From Styela clava (Eukaryota), in contig NC_135257.1 in assembly GCF_964204865.1 (NCBI RefSeq), positions 7,316,001 to 7,380,000 on the forward strand: a DNA stretch of 64,000 bases, in the 5' to 3' direction. Positions 14,401 through 28,708 of the stretch are shown in pieces. The notes below the pieces were generated by a model, which saw only the letters and a program-made list of their open reading frames with translations, was not told the origin of the DNA and made no database searches. How positions within the stretch are numbered: position 1 is the first letter of the stretch; every line of letters starts with the position of its first letter. Both the position numbers and the translations under genes were made by a program.

Positions 14401-17400
14401 CGAAAGTGGGCGGTCTGGCAGTGACGCAACATGTGGTTAGTGACAGCGTAGGTTCGGAATTTCAATTGCCGGTGTGTGATTTTGTTATTATTATACATTG
14501 CGAGTATATATCTGAAATCAAAATAATATTTCCGATTCACAATGTTGGTGTAATATTTCAATTTCTGGTATAAGATTAACACCAACTACCACTAACAAAC
14601 GAATTAATGACTCCAGCGACAGTGTTATATAATCAAGAGTGATCTCATTTAGTATGGGTCAAGCCCATTCCGGGCATTGAGATACCTTTTACCGGCGATA
14701 CCTGATAAGAAGAATGCATTTAGCATGCTCTATCAACCGCATAATCCCAATAAGGTTGCGGATCAACAGGGACCAGATCTGTTGAACAAAGAATGTTGGA
14801 TAACGATATTGCATTGAACTAGTGCCAAAACCATACGGGTAAAAAAGACGCCATATTGGCTATAGGTATTTGTACACGGGGATTCGAAGTCCTAATTCGA
14901 GTATACTGGAAAAAAAGTAGATATGAATATTTACATCACTGCCATTTACAAACTTTGAGTTAGAAAAATGCCTGGTTACGACATCGTTTATTTATATCCT
15001 CAAACATAACTTTAACAAGTTTACATTATGTTCACCGTTACATCACCTCCCTAACATGCAAATCGCTAGTAACACGAATACTCAGAAAATTATTACAGCG
15101 CTGAAATCAGATAAATTATAATATTGCCGCGCCATGGTAACCATGTATAAGCCAACATAGGACTGTGACCACAAACTAACCCGCTTGTTAAACATATTAT
15201 GATAAACGATGCAAAACTGCAAACAAATGTTGTCACATACCCCAAAATACGTTGGCGAATAAACTACATTTAGTGTCGAATTGCTGACTTACATGTGTTT
15301 TGGCATTAAATCCTTTGGTTTTTAATGAATATTTAGATGTAAAACAAGGTCGATTATCCAAATTTTATGAGTCACAAAATGAAAGCGTTTACAGTAACAG
15401 ATTAGACTAAAATGATCAGCAAAATGTACAGTGCCGGTAGCGTACTACATCTTCTTCCTCCGATGACACTGATGTAAACAAAAGAACTACCGGTTACCAG
15501 CTGTGGGTTACAGAATCACCATGGAAACGTATTGTTGAATGCCCGCTGCAATGGCCGCTACCGGTCACTTAAAATTTGCGTTGGACGTCACCGGTATTGT
15601 CCAGCGGTTATTCACGCTTATACAAGTGGATTATTGAAAGCTACTCGCGGCCTTAGGATGCTTATTCAGGGGGCGTTAGCCTACTTAAGCTTAAGATGAC
15701 TCACTATGTATTGAGTACATATTACTATACGGATTTTGATACCCTTGGTTTTAACTTCAGTAGGCGGTTTAAGACGTTGCCTGTTGGTAAAATTAAATCA
15801 CTTAAACATTTCACCAAATGAATCAAGACGAGGGTCACTATAATCACAACCGTTTGTCAATATTTTTATTTATGAATAGTTCATGCGTAAAAAGCACTGG
15901 ACAGAATTGAATGTAAAACAAATGCATGTCCAGATTAAAGTCCAGCCCAATGTTATTTGTGTATGTGCAGCCGATACACTATGTAGAACGAACATTTAGT
16001 TAAGACCGGGAGCAGTTTAACATTTATTTCGCATAAATACAAAGTTCATGACAAAATACCAAATGCGTTTTATATTGACGTAAATTCTATGCGAAACAAA
16101 GAAAGTTATCATTACGCCACCAGCTATCTTATTCCCTGATTGCAAATTACCCGGGTATTATATTCTCATAATGATGGTAATCGAAACCGTTTACAAACGT
16201 GTGTTGGTCAACTTCAAGCTGTCGTAATATATAATTTCACATAAACGGCGTTTATTTATTAAAACCGAGCAAATAACGGTACTGATTATCGTGTTTGACC
16301 TAACGTATTTGATGGAATTTTAGATCTGAAATTAATATAAGGATTCGATTTCAAGGAATGCGTGGGAATTTAAATTTCATATCATACAATAGACTGTGTC
16401 AATACTTCATTGTCTATAATATACCGTGCGAATTCAAAATCGGGAAATCTAAACCGATTTAAAAATCTCAATTTTCAATTATTATTACCAGTCAGGCAGT
16501 CATGCTAACTATTTGTCATTTTAGTATGTTTCATATAATTTGATACAATGATAAAATACTTTGTTAAACCTTATAGCATTTTTTAAATAGTCTTAAACGG
16601 GCCATATGAGATTGATATGAGAAAGAAGCGAATTTGGATAGATCGAATGAATACAAGGCAAGCCCAAAGCTCAATATAGAACAAAGAATTCGACATTTAC
16701 AATGCACTTGTATTTTCTTCGTAGACCATGGCGCAGTACTCTTGACCCCAGTGTTACGTTACATTAATCACGAGGTAGAATTTCTTCCAACAAAGAAAAA
16801 GACATACAAGATATATAGCCTATTAAAATTTTGGCAATACTCCTATATCAAAATTCCTTAATCAGGTGTTCTATTGGAGTTCGCTTGTACGGGGGTCGAC
16901 CTTGCGTTTTGTTGGGGTTATCGTGACCACAAAACCAAAAATTACGCAAAGCGTATATGACGACCGGTTAGGAAATCGCACGTAAATGTCAATTACGTAC
17001 ATTGTACCTTAACGACATAATAACCCTAGAGCATGAGTTGTCAGAGGAAATACGATAAAACAATAATTTAGTTAATTTACGGAAGCATAGTTATTTATCA
17101 AGATTGATCGTTGGGAGTTGAATTTCGCCCACGTATCGAAACTTTTAAATCAAAATTTGTCGGGCACCATACAAAGTTGGAAAATTCATAGGCCACGTCA
17201 AATTGAAAATGTACGAACTTTAGCCGATGGACAGATTTAATTATCATTCCATTTAGAAGCAATAGCAGATCATTACCGACCACGCCAATTTTCCAACAAC
17301 AGGGAAATCACGACTCTATATGAGTCGTGAAACAAGATAACGTAGTCAAATATGTATCAAAGTTATTGGTCATCCAATTAGACCCATTGAAACACAAAGA

Positions 17401-20400
17401 TGACCTGCCGAGTTCGCAAATATTCGAGCAAATGACGCTCTAACTATACATGAAATGATCATACTCATGGAGCTTACCGGTGCCGGTCCCGATCCCGTAC
17501 AATAAAAAACGACTCACAAAATTATCGGGTAGACAGTGCCACACGGTCGCGTTTTAAGTGGAATATAAATTTTTCTAAACGATGTCGAATTTTGAGTCAT
17601 TGTTGAGTTAAATGATAACAGCAGGAGTTAAGTTATCTTATGATTTATTCAGAGTTAGAAAATACGATTTTTCATTTTGAATCGTGTAGCTTTTTATTAT
17701 CGAACACATTATTAATAATTCACATTGTCAAATTTGTGTATGTAATTATGATATTAGATTATATTTTATTCTTAGGCCTTTTGTCATGAAAATTTCGGAA
17801 GAGTCACAATGGAAAGATGTTTAAAATGACAACTAAACCTTAAGCAAAACGTATCGAATATAGTGAAAGCAAACAATGAATTGTACAGAAAACGTATGAG
17901 AATTTTAAACGTTCCGTTATTATTGCTCTGAAAATATCACACGGAAATCCACTCAAAAAACGCCGCACTCACTGAAGCAATGTTTAAAGCTTGCCCAAAA
18001 TGCTCATCAATATTTAATATTACTTGTGTGGCTTATCAAGTGCCAATCTTAACATAAGTTTTCCAAGTCATTTTAAATTCTTTGTTAACTTGTCAGAAAA
18101 TCACTAATACTACATTATGTAATATAAGTTTTTCGTCGGTTTACCGATGGCAATTATGCTCAAACATAAAGCTGCAATTAGTTACCTAAGGCAGCAATTA
18201 TAAAAACCATGGTACTAAACGAAGATGAAAAAGGTCCAAACAATTAATAAAATTTATCAGTTTGTTAAAGCGATTTGTGGGTCAACTTGGGTTACGTAAT
18301 GAACACATTTAGCTTCGACAATAACCAAATATGACAATAAAAAGAGTTACGTCGCGTCCGGTTACATGATACTCTTAGGCTAAGTAAAGTATAATTAAAA
18401 GCTTTTAGAGGCATTACAAGAAAGTGTAGACTAGACGGTTTCAATGAAAGCGACATCACGTAATACGCCGGTTACGCCAAGCTGAAATTACGGATTGTGG
18501 CAGAACTGGCATGGACATCATCACTTCCTGTGACGCCTGTGCCAATTTGCGATTTTGATATGATGAGACGCCGCAATAAACAAAGACCTAAACAGATAGT
18601 GTTTCCATCTGTATACAGTTGAACACGGTAGCAATGGATGCCTGAAATCTAAAACATTTCTCATATATACAAAACCTATTATTGGTCACCCATGTACATC
18701 GAACGCTATGGCACCAAAAGATTCCGAACCCGAGTGCTTTTAAACAGAATTGTACTGAAGTTGAAATAACACAAATTAGTAACTAAAAAATGACTTTTTT
18801 CAAACAATGGATTGGGTGGCAGCGTGTCTACTCCCCACTGATGTTCAAGTAATCTTTAAATCTTGTTACTGAAATAAACCGGTACCAGTACCTAATACCT
18901 TGGCCTTAAATATTAAAAAAATAAGCGTTTACCTTTGCAAAGTCGAGAGACAGATGATCCACTGGGCAGTTGAATACTCCAGCTCTGTAAAAGAATAAGA
19001 TATATTGAATATTTTTCAAAATATAATTTTTTTTCTAAAAATAATTCTTATCCTCATTGCAAATGTTTATTGTAAGACACTTCCAGAAATGAAAAAAAAA
19101 GAAGAATTGACCCAAATCTCGATTTTGTCAGAAACTGTGATAGATAAGAATGAAATACGATATAAGTGCGAAATAATACAATTAAGTGAATTCATCATTG
19201 AAAATCAGACATCGACATGAAACTAGTCATAGTATTATGCAGACTTGAACTGCAAAAAATGAAAACAATACATTTCTCAATGCCAATCTCGTTATACACA
19301 TTGCCGTAAAATGATTCACACTTCCTACTTAAAGATTAGTGTTCGAATTACCAATGAAAAAAATTAGACGAAAACAATATTTTCCAGCTTCGTTAAGGGC
19401 AAATGAATAATTCTCCTAGTTCTTCCTTCAACAAGAGCCCATCCAAAAACAATAACCAAATCACGAAGAAACTTTCTTGCACACCAACAACTAGAAGTAT
19501 TTGATATTTATCAAGTATTTGAACTAAAACGCATAACTAAGACAACGCAACTAACATAGAGTTCAAATCTGATGAATAAGTGGATAGGAATGTAATATAT
19601 AAACTTATATTCACCTTAATTAACAAACAAACGGACAAATCCGCCAGTAAGCTGTGAAAAACCATTTACGTTTAAAAATAAAGCGGGACGCCAAGTTTAA
19701 CTAACACATTATGACTTAAGCTTCTTGAAAGTTATTTATTAATCAAAAAAGGAAATGAATGCAACGATATGTGTGATACCAATAGTGAGAATATACTAGA
19801 TGACTAATCCGACATAAATGTTGTTACATCGAAGGCTAGGGAGCGGTTGTACATAGGTGCGAACATAAGTTGACGTAACCGGATTCGCAACGTATTTCAC
19901 ACAGAAACAAAAGTTAGCAAAACATTTTCATATTTCATCTGTTGCATTACTTTCACAATTACAAATGATTTCTTGAAATTTTTGGAATTAACGTTCGCCT
20001 TAGTTGTTTTGCTCTTCACCAAGCGCGATACGTCGCTTGGGCGGTCACACACATCAAAAAACTTCTTCGAGGTAATCAAAGAAATAATTCAGAGGTAGAT
20101 TCATTTACTTTATCATAAAAAAATCAAACGTGTATAATATTACTTAAAGGGAAATTATACTTATAGGAATATTTAGGCCTTGTCAAAGAACAATGTGTGC
20201 AGTAAAAACAATATACCGGTAATTCGAGGTTATTGTATAATAAGTGCAACTATTCAAGGGTAAACCACAATAATGATGATAATTCCAGTCGAAGCTCAAA
20301 GTTTGTAACAAAGAAACACAAACCATGAATATATACATATTACAAACAATAAGTATGGCTATAATTTCATGAAAGCCGGCGCAGCCTAAAGCAAAAATTT

Positions 20401-23400
20401 CATGGTTGCATGCACCGTGGACCTTTAAACCACATTCTGCAATCTTTACGCCGAACGTAAACAAAAACACGTGAGGCGGAAATATTCGACGGCATTAATT
20501 GAGCGAAATTTGATATGGCACAAGACACCACTTCGAAACAGTGTGGATACCTTTTCCTGTCACACGTTCTAACATTTGAAATTGTAATATTCTAGGCTAA
20601 ACGACGTGTGGAAATCGAAAGCGATCAAAATAGATGTAAACGATTATTTAAATAGAGTATATTACCATGTACGGTAAGATTATACTACAGTCAGCTATAC
20701 CGCATGTATTGGTAATACAAATATCGATATACTAACATCTGAAATTCTTCCTGTACAACCGATGAGCAGGATGTATGAAACTACAAGCTAATGGCTAATA
20801 CTATACTGTCAACTAATAATAAAATGGTCCCTTTTCCTAATCCCGCAAATTTGAGGAATTTTTGTAAAAATTTCCGACAATAGAGTCACCCAAACCAGAC
20901 ACGTGACTCAAAATATTAGTTATATCCTTAAATAGTTGACCTTTCAAAATTTAATAACCATTCTCCATCAACAATTAGTCATCTTTAAGATGATACTATA
21001 CCCACTTAATCTTATAACGCCTGATTCAGAGCCCTAGTGCGGCCCATTTAAGGCTCAAGGCTGTTATAATTATAAAAGAACTCAGCTATCACAAATGGAG
21101 AAATTAAAAATTAATACACAGCAATAGTCTAAGTTTTACCGCCCGATGATAATAGTCGTAAAACCACAAAATTGACATTTGTGACGCTGATTTTCTAGAA
21201 TATTACATTACCAGAGGATGTGATCTAATAATTTTACGGTTGCTGGATGAGGAAGATCGAATTACTAAAATTTAAAAGTAAGACTTGATATTTTCTTAAA
21301 ACAAGTTTAACCAGACATGAGATGCTTTTTCGGATTTCCTGGAAAAGTCCATCGGGCAGTTTACGATTGAGGTATAGGGAAGTGATGGGCATATCGATTG
21401 TTTTTATTTCGAAATTATACACAAACGGAAAATAATACCACATAGCCCATACTAAATTTATTTAACAAAAGACCATTTTCAATTAAACTTGTAAAGAATA
21501 AACTGACTCAACACGTAGAAAAGTCAACATCAGTTCGCAATATTGATGAAATACTAAAAAATTACATCACTCAGAACAGTTAGATTATCCTATCATGAAA
21601 TTTAGTTGGGTCACGATTCATGGGAAACAACAATCACCGTTCAAACACATGTATATATGAATCGTTTAAAAATTAATTGAAAATTTTCATATCACAAATT
21701 TTCTTGTTGTTTCATATATACCGTAACTATGAATAAGATAATACTATATTGAGCTGGGCAAAGATATTCATCACTATTTATAATTATTTTTCTAACTTGG
21801 ATGTCAGCCCATAAGCCTAATTATACACAAATATTTATAGGAAACCGTCTAAATCGAAAACAATATTCCAAATTAGACTCATGACAGTATATGTTTCAAT
21901 GATCCATCGACCATCAATTCAAAATAACTGATCAGTGCAAAATATCGTTGACCCATTCGAGAAGTATGTTAATCAAAATTGAGTCGTTCTGGTGAAGGAT
22001 TGGAAACGGGGATTTTTATGCTCAATGTTTGAATATGGTTCTATCTATCGTATAAAAAAAAATTTTCAAACGAATGCTCGCACCTGACCACACCGACCGA
22101 ATATTCTAAAATTGTCCTATGCCAAGCAAGATCAAATAAATTGTCTGACGATTCCACAGCAATGCATGCTTCATGCATGAATGTGACTTTACCACGTTAC
22201 GGACTACAAATAAATTTAGATAAATCCAATTGCGGAAATCTAAATTGAATAATCAAGATATCCTCCATATTACTGCTTCTGTTAAGTCGGATTGAAATCT
22301 TAACAGTTGACGGCCAAAACAAAATATCGCACGGCGTCTATACCATAAACCAAAACAAGTCAGACCAGTTTAACATGAAATTAAACTTATCCGTATCTAC
22401 CCAGCGTATCAGAACCGCATTACGACAGCGTGACATGTGTATTTGACAACTTGTTTTACATTAATATACCAAAATACATGAAACCTACTAACCTTGATAA
22501 GATATCACACAATGGGGTTAGCTTATGAAACCGTGGGAAACTAATGATAAACTATAAACAAGTATACAAACAGAGCCAAAGTTAATTATAATCTTACTTT
22601 GGCAACAACTCCCACGGGTCGTCTTAACTAAACAGGCTATACTTTATTGATGGCCTCGAGAGGCTCATTTGATCAAAGTTGATACCTTCTGAACCTTGTT
22701 AATATTGCTAAATTTAAGTAATTGATCACATTTGGTTAACTGAACTCGATTTGCATATTTACAGTTTTGACTAAATGCAAATGAAGAATGATATAGAGAA
22801 AATGAATCCCTTCAAAATTGAAAATTTAGATTGACAGCGTTAGAAAATTTACTATAATTTTGATTAAGAGGCTTCCCTCATTTACAATTGGAAACTTTAG
22901 AACTAAAAAATAAAGTATGTATACAATAAAACAAAGCGGGCGTGAAAAACATTGCTTTTGGACACAATAAAAAATAATGTCAATTTCGCAAGTCAACACA
23001 AATTGCAATTACAATTAAATTATGTGTGGCTAGCAGCAAGGTTCGGTGTATTTCACTGTGATATGAATAGCACGTATGACACTGAATATTATTCCAAAGG
23101 TGACTGTAATCAATGATAGATTCAATAGCGTTTGAAAACATCTGGAGAGCATCTTCTTGTATATGTTAGGACTTGTAAACCAAACTAGACATATTGTAAC
23201 GCCGCGTGGCTGTCGATATCAACAAAAAAGTTATTGTTAGTTAGTAATCCAAGACTTTTGTCGGATACAAATGAAAAGACTTTAGTAGGTCGTGCCCACT
23301 CTGTTGTAAACGATTCTTTGGACGCTTTTCCCCGTCCCATCCATTTCAAAACATTGTTAAAATCAACAATTTTGATTATTATTGCTCTGTAGGTATTGTA

Positions 23401-26400
23401 ACCAAACGAATCATAGAGAGTGGTAAGGCGATACTTTTGTTAGTAAAGAACAGCTGGTCATCAGGAAAAGGACGTTAGGTTTGTTGATGGATCACATCGT
23501 TCTTTTCAATCACACCACTCGAGGTGGCCGCCGTTTCTAACGGTATGGCCATTACACCGTATTGATATGAACAATTCATACATTAAAAATACAAAAGTGT
23601 TCAAACATTGAGTACAATCACGAAAGCTTACATATATAGACGTTAGAAACACCATGTGGTCCAATGTTGAAAAAACATTGGTGAAAATATTCATCACGTT
23701 ATATCTACGAACGTGCCTATAACTTAGATACCGTGATTATTGGATTCTGGCATTACGGATATAATAACGGCCCATCCCCTGGCTCACCTTGGAGAACATT
23801 TGTAGGGTCAATAGATAAGCTATATAAACATAAGCATGCATCACTATGTATACCCATAGTAAATACACCAAAGAAGAAATAGACAAAGTTTTTGATAGCT
23901 TCTTCTTGTGTTCTTTGTGTCATTAGTACATTATTTGTTTACGATATTTTTGTGTGATTATGACCAGTCATTCTTGTCAATGCAAATTTTATTTTCAACA
24001 TTCCCTAAAGTAAAATTGTCTTGGCACATGTGATTTACACCAAAACAGATGAGACGATGTATCCATATTTTCAGCATCATAAAGATTCAAAACGACTATC
24101 AAGAACCCGACCACCAGGACTGTGGCCTTATTGTTTTGTCATTAATACCAACCAAAGCCACCAAAGCGAGCAATAGCAAAACATTTTAAAGTATCTTCTA
24201 CTTTTTCTAGATACTTTGCTTTTAGTTTTTAATGTGAGCAAACTATACATGGCCTAGAAAAAATAAGTGAATTCGAGTAGTTGCAATGTGGGTGTATCGA
24301 ATTACTGGCAACAAGTCACTACTGTGGTTTGGTGCGTTTCTAGTCATGATATTGGAATGCAGAGTGCGTGAGGTGTACTGTTACCTTTTAGAAAAGTCAG
24401 ATAGAATGTGGGTGAGAGAAGGTTGACTCAGAAAACAAATTTAAAGTATCATTTTCAATCACAAACCAATTATTTCAATGAACCAAAATATACCTGCATT
24501 AATGGACAATATTAGATTTCTTGCAGAAAAAATGTATCCCCAGTTCCTTATTTGTATTGCCATACGAGTTTGCAATTCTCTAACTAGCGATGGTCAAACG
24601 TATATTTAGTTGGCTACAAGTGACTGCAGGACAAAAGAGGGTTTAATAGAGGGTAAATGATGCAGGGGCTTTCAATTGTAGTAAAGCGTGATGTGCGACC
24701 CCATACACATTCACTTGAATAAAGAGATTACAAAACAAAAATCGTACCCTATTCCCCAAAAGCTGTAGGCTGAGTTACGTGGGTGGCAAGTCATTTCAAA
24801 TTATTTTTATGTAGGCTAATGTAGGTGTTGATGCATATACAGACTGCCAAGCGGCAAATGTGTTAAATTTTCGATGTGAAAGATGTTCAAGCTCGGTCTT
24901 TGTTAGAAGTTTGCTGTTTTAGTGAATGGACACAGATGAGTGGATTTGCAAAGATAGAAATCAACCTCTTCGACAAAAGCATTTGCCTTCATTCCACCTC
25001 CCTATTATTAACAAATTTATGGTGTTTATTTGTAGATAACGTAGTGTTTATATTTTATCTCGACTTTAAGATATCGTTTTACCACCGTTCCTACTTTACA
25101 AGGTTATTTTGCATTTAAATAAGACTTTATTAAAACTTTATATTTGATAGGAAACCATGTTGCAATCTCAAAACACAGACGTTAAGAGACTTTTGATGTA
25201 AACTCAAACAAATAAATTCGGTAGATGACTGCGGTCATAGGCCCAAGGTAATGCTTAGAAAATGGAGCTTATACATGACTTGACCGTTGCATATTTTCTA
25301 ATGTGTAAAAAATCAATATTATCCATATGTGCAAAGTGCAATTTTCATACGAGTCAGCCCTAATCACTATAAAGGGATTTTGTTGAAATAACATTAGTGT
25401 AACTGAACCCGAACTCATTTATAATGCATGCTTGTTAGTCTTGTAATTTACTCACTGATTCGATACGGCTCAGACTATATCGATTTTTAAATACATTCAC
25501 GTTACTATTTTCATTCAACGATGTTGAAAATGGAAATTATAATTCAAATTAACACGATTCTGGGCTTATATGGGACGTTTTAATCCCAGGAGGATATATC
25601 CATCCGCTTAAATTCAAGCCATCATGATTTAAAACCTGTTATTAATACTGCTTTTACACGAACTGAAAAATCATTTGGAACAAAAGGAAGGGAAACATAT
25701 TTGCGGAAATCCTATATCCATGTTATTACTTTGCACCGTATGTTGATCACATCCACTTTTGGATGATTCATTTAGGTTTATCCGGACCCAAACTAAATGT
25801 ACTAACCATAATAGCACGCAATGTTCGAGTTTAATTTTGCAAGTAACCAACATATCTTTGCATTGATAAATATTATATTAGTACGTAATTATTCAGTCAT
25901 AATTAATAAGCATGCGTAGATAATTTAATCGCATTGATAAGCTACAATAATATCCATGATATTATTAAAAACCGTTAATAGTATTTCATGTCATATCGGT
26001 ATGAATCAATATACGAAAGGCCGGTAATTATTGTAATAGGCAACGATCATAAATACTATTATATTGTAATCCATACACGTTTTAAAATTTGCTCTCGTAT
26101 AATTTTTGTACTACGGGTGGTATTTATATATTGTTGAAAGTGTATAATATGTTGATTGCGCAATGTTGGGGAAGCTATAGTATATAAAGTATGGCGGAGC
26201 TATACTTTAAATCACAAACAACATGTTCCGTACACTATATTGATACACATGTTATTGTGTTTAATCCCAGATCATTTTGATAACCCATACCGACATATCA
26301 GTAGCGCATTATTTGTATTGTTGGTATTTTTTTCCACTCCCATTTAAAAGCATCTCCATTGTTGTAAGAAATGTTTTAATAACATATTAAATTATAATTC

Positions 26401-28708
26401 TTACTCGCGTCCGTATCAGAATTGAATTCCTAACATACCTGTGTCAAATAATTCCTATTGATCAGATAGGGCATTTTTGTGTTATGTTCTATTTAAATGT
26501 ATCGCATGTTTTGATTTGCCCGTCGTTGATGTCTTTACTCGAGAGCCGACTTACTCGACACCTATTAAGGTCAAAATTAACTAAATCGAAATAAGGTTTT
26601 CAAATCTTGTATTATCAAAACAAAGTTCATTCTATTACTAGGATATACGCAATCAGCGAAACTCATCCCTAGCTTTATGAACAATTTTTTTTTGGATTGT
26701 AAGTAATTATACTTGACAACACCTTCGTCAGCAATGGTGGCACGCGTTTCTTTTTAAAGCGGCTTCTAATCGAGACTATTTACATATGAACTTGAGCAAG
26801 CTCGCTAGGTATGAAAACGTTCACCAGACTTGAAAACATTTTATCTTGAAATAAAATCGCCGGTAAATTCGTTATTGACAAGTTGAATCCCAGATGTGCC
26901 AGGCACAAAAGAACAACATACATAGCACATTTGCTGACTTTAGTAAACGAATCGTGCATACACAAGTCACGGTAATCTAATTAATACTTAAGTTCAAATC
27001 CAGCGAAACTTTCCGGTTATAAACAGTGGCTCTACTGAATAACAAACGATTTAAAACTACGATCTTATATTTTGTATTTCAGATTTTTTTAATAATGCCA
27101 ACTCCAAGTAAAACCCCACCTTCATGACGGTAGTTTTTGATGTAAAAGGCATTCCGATTCTGAATACTGATAATATTATTTCATTTTTTTGCAATTTGCC
27201 TGGCGCCGTACATCACGTTGTGCAAAACATCAAACGAATGTAATCCAGGGGACATGGGATTTCAGTTCAGTTGTGTGCAACAATCGAACCCAGATCCATA
27301 TAAGTAACAACTAATCGGCTTAAAAGAATAGATCATGTGTCACTTCGGGTAACAAAAAATAACAAAAGGCACGTGATAGACGGGCTTGTGATTATCCACA
27401 CAGACAATTTACTTTATACTCTAACTTTCTGATTAGTTAAACGCGAAAAGATCGAAATGCAGACTGAAATTAATTGTCTGGTTCTAATACTATTAAATGA
27501 CTAAAAATGGCAAAATTTAGAAGACAGTTGCCCGAATTCTTGAAACCTCTGTTTCAAATGAAATCAATTATAAAATTTTTCCAAATAAATTTCACGAGAT
27601 ATGGTACTCGGGTGGCCTATATGCACTCACTGTAACGTGAATATTTAAATACGCTGTTACAATCATGTTTTCATTGATTTCTGTTTCCAAGTAAAATAAA
27701 AGGTGAAATGTGAATGAAAACCCCGCGGCATACAAAATTCTAAAAATGCACTTGCGATGCGTGTCGCAATTAACCCTGCACAGACAAGCCTAAACACGCC
27801 TGGATATGCGCCAGTAACTACAAGCATTCTTTGTCTGGTTTTCGTGGGGAAAAGAACTTTTTGAAAAATGATCATATGCGTTCACGGTAAAAATTGGTAC
27901 AAGAAATAATGAAACTGCCAAAATTCTTCGAATTTTGCTAATTACTGTTTGTTTTATATTTTAATACATGAGCAGCATCTAGATGAAATCTAAATTTTTG
28001 GTCACGGTTATTCTTATTACTTATTTTAACAAACGGTCGGTACGAATCAAGTGGCAGAAATAACAAACTTGGTTAGGCTAATATTATCCCGTCAAAACTA
28101 TTTTTTCAAATACTCTGAATTTCACGCACGAGTGTGAATATTTCTTTCTCCGAATATTGAAATCGACTCCAATAAATTGGTTAATGTTTTACTTTTTATT
28201 TATATATATGCGAAGTTCTATTTGATCGGCTGTTATTGGCGCCAGAATGAAACGGCGGACATAAAAATATACCTGCAATTAAATATGGTATGCCTAGTAT
28301 ACACAATTAAAATGCAATTTAGCCATGTACATTTGTCATATTTAATATGCCCAAACCTGTTTTCATCAATAAATTATACAATAAATCAGAGAACGCGCGC
28401 AATGTCACAATAAAAGTCGTGGTCATATATATAATTAGCACTATATTTATTAACAGCAACATGTGTAACAATTGACTATAAAATGACAATAAATGGAACA
28501 AGTAACCGCTTCTTATCAGCTCCCTAATCCAATCATGAAGGCAATAAAAATATAGTTCAACTCACCCAAGGAAATCTTGTAGACATGTGTCACAAAAACG
28601 GTGCTTGCAGGTTGTAATTTGGACGGGGTCCTTTATCGGCAGATGACAGAGAGGACATTGGTGCCTCTTACGTACTTTATCAACAAATTTCATATTATAA
28701 CCCGGCAT
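2424..28708 (-). CDS. TRAF4: TNF receptor-associated factor 4 (RING C3HC3D, TRAF zinc fingers, coiled coil, MATH/TRAF-C domain), 473 aa, 9 coding exons
   Basis: Exons (minus): 28566-28708, 18933-18984, 12511-12615, 9667-9822, 8901-9068, 8516-8671, 3832-3945, 3058-3345, 2424-2663. All introns are GT-AG and phase-compatible; total 1422 nt, ending in TGA. Translation: MPGYNMKFVDKVRKRHQCPLCHLPIKDPVQITTCKHRFCDTCLQDFLGAGVFNCPVD (TRAF4-type RING ending CPxD) ... CENKCGAKMLRK ... FYTHRHGYKLQLSAFLNGNGGGHGSHLSLYVRVLNGEYDSLLEWPF ... TFTPDPNWKNFQ ... LGFGYPKFV. These motifs match vertebrate TRAF4. Confidence 0.96.
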
